64,000 nucleotides of DNA from an uncultured Bacteroidota bacterium (GCA_964602985.1 CAZRTJ010000014.1:33356-97355); one strand, 5' to 3'; shown: positions 28,691-41,130, numbered from the stretch's first letter. The notes: a model not told the origin generated them from the sequence alone. A program made the numbers and translations.

Positions 28691-30251
28691 GCGCGGACGC
28701 AACCCGGACGTGCTCACGTGCATCGCGAATCTCTCCAACGACGAAGTATTCACACCGCCTGAACTCGCCAACCGGATGCTCGACACGCTGGCCGAGGCAT
28801 GGGCGGCGAATAACAAGGGCGCAAATATCTGGGCGGACAAGACCGTGAAGTTCCTCGACCCCTGTACGAAGTCGGGCGTGTTCCTGCGCGAGATTACGAG
28901 CCGACTCAACAAAGGGCTGGAACAGGAGATTCCGAATCTGGAAAAGCGCGTGAACCACATCCTGACCAGGCAGGTCTTCGGCATCGGCATCACGCAGATC
29001 ACCAGCCTGCTCGCGCGGCGCAGTGTGTATTGCTCCAAGCACGCCACCGGCAAACACTCCGTCGCCAAATCGTTCGCCAGCGACGATGGCAATATCTGGT
29101 TCAAGCGCATTGAGCACACGTGGGGTGAAACCAAGTGCGAATTTTGTGGTGCGCCGAAAGTAATATTGGACCGTGAGGCAGGAGTTGAAAACTACGCCTA
29201 TCCGTTTATTCACACCGACAACATCAAGACTCGGCTCACCGAGATATTTGGAGGCAATATGCAATTCGATGTCATCATCGGGAATCCGCCGTATCAGATG
29301 AAGGGAGGCGCGGGCGGTTCAAGCGATTCATCCATCTTTCATTTGTTTGTCCAACAGGCGCTCAAACTAGAACCACGGTTTCTCAGCATGGTTATGCCAT
29401 CACGATGGATGGCCGGAGGACGAGGTCTAGATGAATTTCGAGCGCAGATGCTCTCCAGCGGACACGTTCGTTTCCTGACTGACTTCCCTGACTCCGGCGA
29501 AGCATTTCCCGGCGTTCAAATCAAAGGCGGCGTTTGCTACTTCCTTTGGGACAACTCGCACAATGGCCCATGCAACGTGACGCGGGTAGCTGGCGGTGTT
29601 GAGCATCTTCAACAGAACCGCGTGCTAGGTGAATTTGATGTTTTTGTGCGCGACGAACGAGCCGTTGGAATTCTCAGAAAGGTTCTCGCAAAAAAAGAAC
29701 CGTCAATTCTTGAGCTTGTCTCTGGCGACACGCCGTTTGGCATTGCGACCAATTTCGAGGAATGGAGCGAGAAACGCGGCGCAGGTTTGATAGTGCTACA
29801 CTTGATCCAAAAGGGCAAACGCACAGTCGGTTTCATGAAACGAGACGCCATCCGCAAGAACACCGCCGCGATTGATGCTTGGAAAGTGCTAGTGCCAGAA
29901 GCCTACGGTGCGGGCGAGACGTTTCCCCATCAAATTCTTGGCAAGGAAATCGTGGCAGCACCCCCATCCGCTTGCACTCAATCCTATCTCGTTGTTTCAC
30001 CCTTTCAGTCGGAGCGCGCGGCTCGAAGTTTTGCGAGCTACTACCGCACGCGGTTTTTCCGCTTTCTCGTGTCATTGCGAAAGATTACCCAACACGCACT
30101 GCGTTCAACTTACTCGTGGATTCCGCAGCAGGCTTGGAATCGAACGTGGACAGACGAACTGCTCTACAAGAAATACGGCATCACAAAGAAAGAGATTGAG
30201 TTCATCAACAGCATGATTCGTCCGATGGGCGAGAGCGAAAGCGATGAGTAA
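28611..30251 (+). CDS. N6-adenine DNA methyltransferase, gamma class (motifs X-I-IV: EVFTPP, DPCTKSGVFL, IIGNPPYQ) with C-terminal target-recognition region
   Basis: All three diagnostic amino-methyltransferase motifs are present in gamma order; 546 aa. Confidence 0.8.
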   Translation: MKKPSSSDPVSSPSTSPRETSQAQFTLRGRNPDVLTCIANLSNDEVFTPPELANRMLDTLAEAWAANNKGANIWADKTVKFLDPCTKSGVFLREITSRLNKGLEQEIPNLEKRVNHILTRQVFGIGITQITSLLARRSVYCSKHATGKHSVAKSFASDDGNIWFKRIEHTWGETKCEFCGAPKVILDREAGVENYAYPFIHTDNIKTRLTEIFGGNMQFDVIIGNPPYQMKGGAGGSSDSSIFHLFVQQALKLEPRFLSMVMPSRWMAGGRGLDEFRAQMLSSGHVRFLTDFPDSGEAFPGVQIKGGVCYFLWDNSHNGPCNVTRVAGGVEHLQQNRVLGEFDVFVRDERAVGILRKVLAKKEPSILELVSGDTPFGIATNFEEWSEKRGAGLIVLHLIQKGKRTVGFMKRDAIRKNTAAIDAWKVLVPEAYGAGETFPHQILGKEIVAAPPSACTQSYLVVSPFQSERAARSFASYYRTRFFRFLVSLRKITQHALRSTYSWIPQQAWNRTWTDELLYKKYGITKKEIEFINSMIRPMGESESDE

Positions 30252-30330
30252 GACCATCGAAGAAATCCTCGCACCGAAGCTGGAGACCGGGCCTCGAATG
30301 TACGCGTACTCGATCAGCGACAAGACACAT
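30244..30330 (+). repeat. copy 1 (diverged, ~85% identity) of the helicase-nuclease gene 5' end, truncated by the IS200-like element
   Basis: ATGAGTAAGACCATCGAAGAAATCCTCGCACCGAAG...TACGCGTACTCGATCAGCGACAAGACACA. The ATG overlaps the methyltransferase stop (ATGAGTAA). Confidence 0.75.
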
Positions 30331-30985
30331 GTTTCAGCGCCAAAGGCGCGACTCAAGTCCACCCCGGGGCATCGCCCTGGGTATCCAAACAACAATACAA
30401 ACCAAGCCCTGAAAGGGCGGCCCAGACCATGCCTCAGTCCCTCGCGCGTCTTCATGTTCATCTCGTTTTCAGTACCAAACATCGCACACGCCTCATCACC
30501 AACTCTGTACGCAATTCGTTGCACGCCTACATGGCCACCGTACTGCAAAATCTGGGATGCCCTCCAGTACTTATCAATTCCGTCGAAGACCACGTTCACA
30601 TCCTTTTTGAACTTGCCCGCACAGTGTCCGTCAGCCAGGCGGTCGAAGACGTCAAAAAATCCTCGTCGAAATGGATCAAAACACAGGGGGATGAATTTGG
30701 CGAATTTGCGTGGCAAGCGGGTTACGGGGCGTTTGCCGTCAGCGAATCCGCCGTGCCATCCGTTCGCGATTACATCGCCGTGCAACAGGAACATCACCGT
30801 CGCAAATCGTTCCAGGAGGAATACCGCGTGTTTTTGGAGCGCCACGGCATCGCGTTCGATGAACGGTATGTGTGGGATTGAAGGGCGCATTGGAGCGCCC
30901 TTTCAGGGCTCAGTTTCTTTTATTCACGTAATACCCAGGGCGTTGCCCTGGGTTGGTACGGCCCGCCCCGTTGGGGCTCGTCTCA
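30331..30985 (+). mobile_element. IS200/IS605-family element carrying only tnpA (RAYT-like), copy A
   Basis: Inserted after ...GACAAGACACA. tnpA is flanked by inverted palindromes (AGCCCTGAAAGGGCGGCCC on the left, GGGCGCATTGGAGCGCCCTTTCAGGGCT on the right) and by subterminal CCCTGGGTAT / ATACCCAGGG inverted repeats. Confidence 0.7.
30429..30881 (+). CDS. tnpA: IS200/IS605 family Y1 (HUH) transposase TnpA
   Basis: HUH motifs HVHLVFSTKHR and DHVHILFEL; catalytic Tyr in the WQAGYGAF region; 150 aa. Confidence 0.8.
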   Translation: MPQSLARLHVHLVFSTKHRTRLITNSVRNSLHAYMATVLQNLGCPPVLINSVEDHVHILFELARTVSVSQAVEDVKKSSSKWIKTQGDEFGEFAWQAGYGAFAVSESAVPSVRDYIAVQQEHHRRKSFQEEYRVFLERHGIAFDERYVWD

Positions 30986-30998
30986 TTGAGAGACCGTC

Positions 30999-31045
30999 AT
31001 GAGCAAACCCACCATCGAAGAAATCCTCGCGCCGAAGCCGAAGCC
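30999..31045 (+). repeat. copy 2 (near-identical, 47-bp stub) of the helicase-nuclease gene 5' end, preceded by CATTGAGAGACCGTC
   Basis: ATGAGCAAACCCACCATCGAAGAAATCCTCGCGCCGAAGCCG, then unrelated sequence. Confidence 0.75.
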
Positions 31046-31134
31046 GCATCGGACAATGAGGAATGCGCCTATGGATCAGATGGGCGCAGATAAGATTGAG
31101 TTGACGACAATTTGTCGACAACTGGAGGTGACGA

Positions 31135-31368
31135 ATGAGTAAGGAACACGCGCTGGCCGTTTTTGAGATCTTCAAGATTCGCCGGGTGTATGACGAAAAG
31201 TTCGAGACGTGGTATTTCTCCGTCGTGGACATCGTCGCGGCGTTGATTCAACAGCCGGACTTTCAAGCCGCCAGGAACTATTGGAAAGTGCTGAAGAATC
31301 GGTTGAAGAAGGAAGGCAGCGAGTCGGTTACAAAATGTAACCGACTGAAACAACCTCCTGCATCATAA
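31135..31368 (+). CDS. Bro-N/DinD-like N-terminal fragment (77 aa)
   Basis: FEIFKIRRVYDEKFETWYFSVVDIVAAL...YWKVLKNRLKKEGSESVTKCN parallels the N-terminus of the next gene (AFEKHAIRRYFDEKSETWYFSVVDVVAAL...YWRVLKKRLKDEGAGETVTKCN). Confidence 0.5.
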   Translation: MSKEHALAVFEIFKIRRVYDEKFETWYFSVVDIVAALIQQPDFQAARNYWKVLKNRLKKEGSESVTKCNRLKQPPAS

Positions 31369-31381
31369 AGGAGATGTGATT

Positions 31382-32233
31382 ATGAAAAACAAACGAGCTT
31401 TGGTGGCTTTTGAGAAACATGCGATTCGCCGGTATTTCGACGAGAAATCTGAAACATGGTACTTCTCCGTGGTTGATGTGGTGGCGGCGTTGACGGATAG
31501 CCTGAATCCGGCGGTTTACTGGCGAGTGCTGAAAAAACGGCTGAAAGACGAGGGTGCCGGCGAAACCGTTACAAAATGTAACGGGTTGAGAATGCCGTCA
31601 GCCGACGGGAAAATGCGCCTGACCGACATGGCTGACACGGAAACCTTGCTTCGCCTGATTCAGTCCATCCCATCGCCAAAAGCCGAACCGTTCAAGCAGT
31701 GGCTGGCCAAGGTGGGCTACGAGCGGATTCAGGACATGAGTGACCCGGCCCGTTCGCTCGACCGCGCCCGCGAGTATTGGCAAAAGCATGGCCGCAGCGA
31801 GAAGTGGATCCAACAACGGATGATGGGACAGGAGACGCGCAACAAGCTCACCGACTACTGGAAGGATCACGACATCAAGGGCGAGGAGGAGTTCGCAATG
31901 CTCACCAACATCATTCATCAGGAATGGAGCGGCGTTTCGGTCAAAGCGCACAAACACCTCAAGGGACTCAAGCAGCAGAACCTGCGCGATCACATGAGCG
32001 AAGCGGAGTTGATCTTTACCGCCTTGGCGGAACTTTCCACCCGCCAGATCGCCGAGAGCGAGCAGGCGACCGGTATGGGCGAAAACGCGGACGCCGGGCG
32101 GAAGGGCGGACGCATCGCGAAGAAGGCACGCCGCGAACTCGAACAAAAGACGGGCAAGAGCGTGGTAACCGGGGAGAACTTCCTGCCGCCGGTCAAAAAA
32201 ACGAAAACATTGAAGAAGCCTGAGGATGAATAA
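31382..32233 (+). CDS. Bro-N domain / DNA-damage-inducible DinD-like protein
   Basis: Bro-N-like N-terminus plus DinD-like helical C-terminus. ATG is 9 nt after AAGGAG. The stop overlaps the next stub ATG (ATGAATAA). Confidence 0.55.
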   Translation: MKNKRALVAFEKHAIRRYFDEKSETWYFSVVDVVAALTDSLNPAVYWRVLKKRLKDEGAGETVTKCNGLRMPSADGKMRLTDMADTETLLRLIQSIPSPKAEPFKQWLAKVGYERIQDMSDPARSLDRAREYWQKHGRSEKWIQQRMMGQETRNKLTDYWKDHDIKGEEEFAMLTNIIHQEWSGVSVKAHKHLKGLKQQNLRDHMSEAELIFTALAELSTRQIAESEQATGMGENADAGRKGGRIAKKARRELEQKTGKSVVTGENFLPPVKKTKTLKKPEDE

Positions 32234-32312
32234 GACCATCGACGAAATCCTGACGCCGAAGCCGGAAGCCCGGCCGCGCATCTACGCCTACGCGATCAGC
32301 GACAAGACACAT
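32226..32312 (+). repeat. copy 3 (diverged) of the helicase-nuclease gene 5' end, truncated by IS200-like copy B at the same site as copy 1
   Basis: ATGAATAAGACCATCGACGAAATCCTGACGCCGAAGCCGGAAGCC...GCGATCAGCGACAAGACACA followed by TGTTTCAGCGCC. Confidence 0.75.
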
Positions 32313-32968
32313 GTTTCAGCGCCATCGGCGCGACACAACTCCACCCCAGGGCATCGCCCTGGGTATCCAAACAACAATACAAACCAAGCCCTGAAAGGGC
32401 GGCCCAGACCATGCCTCAGTCCCTCGCGCGTCTTCATGTTCATCTCGTTTTCAGTACCAAACATCGCACACGCCTCATCACCAACTCTGTACGCAATTCG
32501 TTGCACGCCTACATGGCCACCGTACTGCAAAATCTGGGATGCCCTCCAGTACTTATCAATTCCGTCGAAGACCACGTTCACATCCTTTTTGAACTTGCCC
32601 GCACAGTGTCCGTCAGCCAGGCGGTCGAAGACGTCAAAAAATCCTCGTCGAAATGGATCAAAACACAGGGGGATGAATTTGGCGAATTTGCGTGGCAAGC
32701 GGGTTACGGGGCGTTTGCCGTCAGCGAATCCGCCGTGCCATCCGTTCGCGATTACATCGCCGTGCAACAGGAACATCACCGTCGCAAATCGTTCCAGGAG
32801 GAATACCGCGTGTTTTTGGAGCGCCACGGCATCGCGTACGATGAACGGTATGTATGGGATTGAAGGGCGCATTGGAGCGCCCCTTCAGGGCTCAGTTTCT
32901 TCTTTTCACGTAATACCCAGGGCGTTGCCCTGGGTTGGTACAGCCCGCCCCGTTGGGGCTTGTCTCAT
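32313..32968 (+). mobile_element. IS200/IS605-family tnpA-only element, copy B (~99% identical to copy A)
   Basis: The ~655-bp segment is the same as 30331-30985 apart from a few substitutions near the left end and one Phe/Tyr difference in TnpA. Confidence 0.7.
32411..32863 (+). CDS. tnpA: IS200/IS605 family Y1 (HUH) transposase TnpA, second copy
   Basis: Identical to the 30429-30881 protein except ...IAYDERYVWD. Confidence 0.8.
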   Translation: MPQSLARLHVHLVFSTKHRTRLITNSVRNSLHAYMATVLQNLGCPPVLINSVEDHVHILFELARTVSVSQAVEDVKKSSSKWIKTQGDEFGEFAWQAGYGAFAVSESAVPSVRDYIAVQQEHHRRKSFQEEYRVFLERHGIAYDERYVWD

Positions 32969-32980
32969 TGAGAGGCCGTC

Positions 32981-33100
32981 ATGAGCAAGCCCACCATCGA
33001 AGAAATTCTCGCGCCGAAGCCGGAGGCCAGGCCTCGAATCTACGCCTACGCGAACAGCGACAAGGCGCACGCGGGACTGCTCATCAGGATGCGGACAGAA
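32981..33100 (+). repeat. copy 4 (near-identical, ~105-bp stub) of the helicase-nuclease gene 5' end, preceded by CATTGAGAGGCCGTC
   Basis: Encodes MSKPTIEEILAPKPEARPRIYAYANSDKAHAGLLIRMRTERP* then runs into the Fic gene start. Confidence 0.75.
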
Positions 33101-33105
33101 AGGCC

Positions 33106-34133
33106 ATGACACCATTGAAGAAATTCTATTCAGAAAACCCAAAGTGGTATGAGAAGATCGGCGACATCCACGCACTGCTTGAGCGCGTCAAAATCAGCGA
33201 GGAGCAATCCGGCGACGTATTGCAACTGCGCAAGCGTTCTCGCATTCTGTCCATTCACGCCTCCACCGCCATCGAAGGTAACCGGCTCACCCTGAGCCAG
33301 GTCACCGATGTGATCAATGGCAAACCGGTTTTGGGAGCGCTCAAAGACATCAAAGAAGTGCAAAATGCCTGGCATGCGTACAACGAAATGACCGGCTATG
33401 ATCCATGGTCAGCGGAGGACTTGCTGAAAGCCCACGCGCACCTGACGGATGAACTGATCGAGGAGTCGGGCCGGTTCCGGACAGTCGGCGTTCAGGTTGT
33501 ACGCGGCGATGGCGTGGTGATGCACCAGGGCTTGTCGGCGCCCGAAGTTCCGGCACTCGTCGGACAACTCCTCAACTGGGGAAAGACCGACGAAGCACAC
33601 GCGATTATCAAGAGTTCCGCCGTCCACTACATGCTCGAATACATCCATCCCTTCCGCGACGGCAATGGCCGGATCGGGAGACTGTGGCAGACGCTGATCC
33701 TGTCCCGATGGAATCCACTGTTTACATGGATGCCGGTGGAAACACTGGTTCACCACAACCAGGCGTTGTACTACAAGGCCTTGCAGGATTCGCACGCAGG
33801 CAACGTAGATTGCCGTCCATTCATCGACTTCATGGTCGATGCGATCGCCAATTCGCTCTACAAATTCATTGATGTTGCGACGGAAACGGCCGCCAATGTC
33901 CCTGTAAATGTCCCTGTAAATGTCCCTGTAAATGACGGTTTGAGCGATGTTTCGGCCAAAATTCTCATTTTGTTGCGCGCCAATCCCAAAGCGACCGCGC
34001 AGAAGATGGGGCTCGCGCTGGGGGTAACCGACAAGACGATCAAGCGCCATCTAAAAGCACTTCGCGAAGCGGGCCGAATCAGACGGGTTGGTTCCGACAA
34101 AGCGGGGCACTGGGAAATCATTGAGAGGCCGTC

Positions 34134-34137
<4 letters not shown>
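33106..34137 (+). CDS. Fic-family AMPylase-type protein with C-terminal winged-HTH
   Basis: Canonical Fic motif HPFRDGNGRIGR. N-terminal inhibitory-helix motif STAIEGN ([ST]xxxE[GN]). C-terminal HTH (KMGLALGVTDKTIKRHLKALREAGRI). A 12-bp x3 tandem encodes VPVNVPVNVPVN. The last 15 nt are part of the repeat boundary (IIERPS*). Confidence 0.85.
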
Positions 34138-36698
<2,561 letters not shown>

Positions 36699-36750
36699 CT
36701 GGCAGGACGGCGCCGTCTGACGGCTTGAAGTTAGACATCCATACCGAGGA

Positions 36751-37413
36751 ATGAACATGACACGAGTTCGCGTTGAGAGCTTCACCATCTCGCTTGACGG
36801 ATTCGGAGCCGGTCCGAATCAAGACCTTACTAACCCACTTGGCATTGGCGGAACGGAGTTGCATCAATGGGCGGTCCCGACGCGCACATTCCAACGAAAC
36901 GTGTTCGGCAAGGATGACGGTACGACTGGACTTGACGAGGACTTCGCCGCACGTGGCTTTCGGAATATAGGAGCCTGGATTCTGGGGAGGAACATGTTCG
37001 GACCCATTCGTGGGCCCTGGCCGGACATGAACTGGAAAGGCTGGTGGGGGGACAATCCGCCGTATCACGTCCCGGTGTTCATCTTGACGCATCATGCACG
37101 TTCCCCCATCGAGATGGAAGGCGGCACGACGTTCCACTTCATCACGGGAGGCATCCGCGAGGCGGTCGACCGGGCGCGCGAGGCGGCCGCCGGTATGGAC
37201 GTGCGCATCGGTGGAGGGCCAAACACCATCCAGCAGTATCTTCGTGAGGGACTGATAGACGAACTGCACATCGCCATCGCACCCGTTCTGCTCGGCAGTG
37301 GAGAGCGGCTCTTTGAGGGAGTGGACCTGCGGGTTCACGGATACGAATGCGTAGAATTTGTGACGTCGGTGAAGGCCACGCATGTTGTCCTTCGGCACGG
37401 AAGGCACGTCTAA
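36751..37413 (+). CDS. dihydrofolate reductase-like protein (RibD C-terminal domain family)
   Basis: VESFTISLDGFGAGPNQDL...WILGRNMF...FILTHH...VRIGGGPNTIQQYLREGLIDELHIAIAPVLLGSG is typical of PF01872. Confidence 0.7.
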   Translation: MNMTRVRVESFTISLDGFGAGPNQDLTNPLGIGGTELHQWAVPTRTFQRNVFGKDDGTTGLDEDFAARGFRNIGAWILGRNMFGPIRGPWPDMNWKGWWGDNPPYHVPVFILTHHARSPIEMEGGTTFHFITGGIREAVDRAREAAAGMDVRIGGGPNTIQQYLREGLIDELHIAIAPVLLGSGERLFEGVDLRVHGYECVEFVTSVKATHVVLRHGRHV

Positions 37414-37569
37414 CCAAAGGGTCATCATGGAGAAAATCATGGGCAAAACAATTTTTCCGCACCAGGGCTTGCCGGAAATCCATTTTGATTTTTCAGCTTG
37501 AAAGCATAGGTTTGGTCAATCACCCGAGATCGATCGATGCTATGGCATCTTGATACGAATGCTAAACCC

Positions 37570-37848
37570 ATGAAGACTCTGTATGCTCTCATGTTCACCG
37601 TCTATTCGGTTACGTCCTTGTCGTGCGGTGCGAAAAAGGAAGAAACCAACAAAGACACTCAATCAACAACCGCAAAGGATTCGCGTTTGTCCTTTTCCAG
37701 GATCTATTCAGGGAATATAGACGGTCGGTTGAAAATCAGCATGAAACTGTCGGCTGATGACGGCCGGCTTGAAGGCAAGTATTACTATTCCAACGTGGGT
37801 AACGACATTCCTCTGCACGGTACGATCGATACAACAGAAAAATTGTGA
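37570..37848 (+). CDS. hypothetical lipoprotein, N-terminal part (ends at an in-frame TGA)
   Basis: MKTLYALMFTVYSVTSLSCGAKKEE lipobox. The ORF is in the same frame as 37849-38568 and separated only by TGA 37846-37848. Confidence 0.45.
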   Translation: MKTLYALMFTVYSVTSLSCGAKKEETNKDTQSTTAKDSRLSFSRIYSGNIDGRLKISMKLSADDGRLEGKYYYSNVGNDIPLHGTIDTTEKL

Positions 37849-38568
37849 ATGGAAGAGTCGGACAAGTCAGGAAAGATCACAGGATCGTTCTCGGGCGTAA
37901 GACAGCCCAACGGCGTCATAACAGGGTCCTGGGCGTCTCCGGACGGCGCGAAATCGATGGACTTCAGCCTGTTCGAGAGCGACAAACCGTATGAGTATGA
38001 TCCGGGGTTGCTGGAAATCGAACGAACTCATCGACTGACTCCTTATTTTATAGAGGAGAGCCACTCCCCTTCTTATGGATATATCGTCAAGCTCCCAGCT
38101 GTTTGGAAGACGGGGGAGGACAATTCGTACCTGGGGGCCCCAACATTCAGGTCCGTCAGGCCAGGGGACAACACGCCCGATCCCTCGAAGGAACAGATTA
38201 CGGTCTTCAGTGAAGACGAATTTGGCGATGTGAAAGAGCCCAAGGAAGCCATGAATCATTGCCTGGACCGTCTGGGGACCTTCCATAACGCTCAGGTGGA
38301 CAACTTCCAAGTCGTGAAATCCGGTGAAATCCGATCCTCCACCTCGTATACCCCTTACACCGCTACCATTGGTACGATGAAGACAAAGAACATCATGTAC
38401 GTCACCGCGGGTGAGTGTTTCATGAAGCCGCTCACCGACGAGCCTGCCAGACGAGCCTACCACGTTTACGTAGTCGTCTGCCAGGCAGAAGAAGCGTCAT
38501 ATGCTGAATACAAACCGCTGTTCAATGCCATTGGGGAGGGTATCACATTCGGTGCCGCGCCAAAATAA
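37849..38568 (+). CDS. hypothetical protein, continuation or translationally coupled partner of the 37570 lipoprotein
   Basis: ATG directly abuts the preceding TGA (TGAATGG). Motifs (SGKITGSFSG...NGVITGSWASPDG) resemble those of the upstream ORF (DGRLEGKYYYSN). Confidence 0.45.
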   Translation: MEESDKSGKITGSFSGVRQPNGVITGSWASPDGAKSMDFSLFESDKPYEYDPGLLEIERTHRLTPYFIEESHSPSYGYIVKLPAVWKTGEDNSYLGAPTFRSVRPGDNTPDPSKEQITVFSEDEFGDVKEPKEAMNHCLDRLGTFHNAQVDNFQVVKSGEIRSSTSYTPYTATIGTMKTKNIMYVTAGECFMKPLTDEPARRAYHVYVVVCQAEEASYAEYKPLFNAIGEGITFGAAPK

Positions 38569-38683
38569 CAGGGAAGATCCATCTCAAGTCCCGGATCATC
38601 AACTGATCGGCGCTCCCGGCCAACGGGGTGGATATTTTCGGTAATGACACGATGAAAATTCTCGAAGTGACTATGCGAAGATA

Positions 38684-38935
38684 ATGGCTCACATGTTTTC
38701 TGACACGCATCCAAAGATGGAGGACCTGCGTGTTGAACTATTGCGGCGGGCAAGTCCCACGAAGAAGATGAACATGCTGGCTCAATTAAACGCCTCCGCG
38801 CGGATGTTGGCGCTTGCGGGTTTGCGTTCCCGCTTCCCCGATGCCAACCAAGCGGAACTGCGCTACAAACTGGCCGTCCTGCTCTTGGGCGAAGAACTGG
38901 CGCGAAAAGCCTGCAAAGAATCGCCCCATGAATGA
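38684..38935 (+). CDS. small helical protein, putative partner of the downstream nucleotidyltransferase
   Basis: 83-aa ORF whose stop overlaps the next ATG (ATGAATGA). Confidence 0.35.
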   Translation: MAHMFSDTHPKMEDLRVELLRRASPTKKMNMLAQLNASARMLALAGLRSRFPDANQAELRYKLAVLLLGEELARKACKESPHE

Positions 38936-39500
38936 GCCTCTGGAAGTCACGCTCAGGGTTACGAGCGTGCTGGAGCGGCTTGGCGTCCGCTATCGCATCG
39001 GCGGATCGCTTGCCAGCACCTTGTATGGCATGGTGCGGACGACCCAGGATTCGGATATCGTCGCGGAATTGCGTCCCGATAATCTGCGGCCTTTCGTGGA
39101 GGCATTGCAGGATGCGTTTTATCTCGATGAGGACATGATTGCGGATGCCGTTCGCTCGAACGCCGCTTTCTCCATCATTCATCGCGAAACGTTATTCAAG
39201 GTGGACGTCTTCATCCCGCATCCGCGTCCCTTTTTGCAATCCCAACTTGTCCGTGCTCAAAAGCAAACCTTTGCCTTTGAAACCGAAGTCAGCGCAATGT
39301 TTGCGAGTCCTGAAGATACCGTTCTCGCCAAATTGGAGTGGTATCGACGGGGAGGCGAAATGTCTGAAAGGCAATGGCAGGATATCCTCGGCGTGCTGAA
39401 GATTTGCGCGGGGGAATTGGATTTGGATTATCTGCACCAATGGGCGGGTGAACTGAATGTGGGCGATTTATTGGAACGCGCTCTGAAGGAGGCCGAATAG
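38929..39500 (+). CDS. minimal nucleotidyltransferase-fold protein (possible TA/abortive-infection component)
   Basis: IGGSLASTLYGMVRTTQDSDIVAEL fits the NTase hG[GS]...D.D motif. Confidence 0.5.
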
Positions 39501-39834
39501 ATGTCCACTCATCGCTGCTTTCCTGCTTCGCTGCAAGATAGGACACCGATGCCTCCGAGTCGTGACATTAGAAGACCGGAAAACAATTCATGACGCATTT
39601 CTTGAGCTAGGTTTTACACCATGAAACTTGAATATTCTCCAGATCCTGATTCATTTGCATTGACCTTCTTCAGAGAGTACAGTTCTTCACGATGATGCTG
39701 AAGGCAAACTAGGCGGTATCGATACTGATAATGCCGAGAATAAGGCGAATCTGACCAAACTCACACTCAGTAGATTACCCGGTATCGCGGAAACTGATGC
39801 CGCCGACCCATCGGCGCAAGCGGACGTTAAGAAT

Positions 39835-40578
39835 ATGAGTGAAAATTCAAATCATGTGCGGCGCACCTTAGCCGCAGTGGTGCGTGGCGCGCTGGCGCCT
39901 ATGCAGCTGGTACGAATAGGTTCCGCTCTGCTCATTGCCGCAACGTGTGGGCACGCTTCTCAGGACGCAACTTCAAGCGCAAGCTACGCTCTCCCGAACG
40001 AACTTGTTCTTCGAATAGTGGTCACCCATCGTGTCGTTCACGAGGGTGATTCGCTGACAATCGTCGCAACGCTTGCCAACGTCGGTGACAGCACAAGGCG
40101 CCACCGGTCGGCAACCACATGTCATCTTCACATTCTCCTCACGACGGAATCCGGGTCGCCTTTGCCCGCCGCCTGGCACACCTGCGGGGATGCAATCACG
40201 GGGCTTATACTGCCTCCGGGCGACAGTACCGTGGTGCGGCTATCCCTGCGTGCCGGACGCCAGAGTGACTTCATGGCGCACCGGATCGGACCTGGACGGT
40301 ACCTGGCATACGCAAGTGTCGATGACATTTCCGGTCGTGCTGGGCTGGTCCGAGTTACTGTGCTCGCGGGCGTACCGCCTAAGAGGGGAGTCGTCGACGC
40401 GTCCGGCCCGTCCTGGATCATCGCTCATTTCTTGAACTGCACGGCAATTTATGGATCGGATGTTGTATGCAATCTTGAAGGTGTTGACGTCAGCCGGTCT
40501 CCGTTCTCCAACGGAAAACGGCACGTTTTTCCATACAGTATCTGGATCATAAATGATCTGGATGGGAAATATGCGTGA
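39835..40578 (+). CDS. hypothetical secreted protein
   Basis: N-terminal hydrophobic region ...LVRIGSALLIAATCGHAS; no family recognised. Confidence 0.4.
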   Translation: MSENSNHVRRTLAAVVRGALAPMQLVRIGSALLIAATCGHASQDATSSASYALPNELVLRIVVTHRVVHEGDSLTIVATLANVGDSTRRHRSATTCHLHILLTTESGSPLPAAWHTCGDAITGLILPPGDSTVVRLSLRAGRQSDFMAHRIGPGRYLAYASVDDISGRAGLVRVTVLAGVPPKRGVVDASGPSWIIAHFLNCTAIYGSDVVCNLEGVDVSRSPFSNGKRHVFPYSIWIINDLDGKYA

Positions 40579-40614
40579 GCCTTGACACTTCATCTTATTT
40601 TTGGAGGATGAAGA

Positions 40615-41130
40615 ATGATTCGCGCCGCTGTACTCATAACCGCTGTCACCATTTTTACTGCGTCTTGTTCGTCGATACCGCACAAGGTGAATCTGTTCAT
40701 GAAGGAGAAGTACGACGATCCAGTGGTGTCGGAAGTGTCGGCTCAGCGGGACTTTCCTTTGAAGGGAATAAAGGTCTATTCCGTGTACGAACGCCGGAAT
40801 CAGACGGAGGATCCACTCATTCCCACTGTCTGGCTTTATGCGGGTGGGGAAATCGTCGACGGGTCAAGAATATTCGACGTACTCAATCGTATCCAATATC
40901 AGCCTTCAGATGATCTGCATGCACTGCGATGCGCGCGCCTTGCGGTAAGTCTCAGCGGCAGATATTATTCTGACAGAAAATCGTCCGTCCAAGTGTCGAA
41001 CGGTGTGTATACGGTGACCATGGAAGGGGACTGTTCGCTGACGTATCCGTTCTTCCGCCGGGAAGATGCGCATCCCTGCACTTTGACAGTGACTCTGGGA
41101 AAGGGAGTTTGTGCAATCACGGAACGGTGA
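40615..41130 (+). CDS. hypothetical lipoprotein
   Basis: MIRAAVLITAVTIFTASCSS lipobox. Confidence 0.5.
   Translation: MIRAAVLITAVTIFTASCSSIPHKVNLFMKEKYDDPVVSEVSAQRDFPLKGIKVYSVYERRNQTEDPLIPTVWLYAGGEIVDGSRIFDVLNRIQYQPSDDLHALRCARLAVSLSGRYYSDRKSSVQVSNGVYTVTMEGDCSLTYPFFRREDAHPCTLTVTLGKGVCAITER

Noticed and set aside
30244-31002. 252-aa ORFs 30244-31002 and 32226-32984 in the ORF track
   Set aside because: They start in the helicase-nuclease leader stub and then run in a non-coding frame across the IS200-like element. The real genes there are the stub (dead) and tnpA in another frame.
37846-37848. Selenocysteine recoding at the in-frame TGA between the two lipoprotein ORFs
   Set aside because: No SECIS-like hairpin immediately downstream, and the context TGAATGG looks like ordinary stop-start coupling. 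A pseudogene or two coupled genes is more parsimonious.
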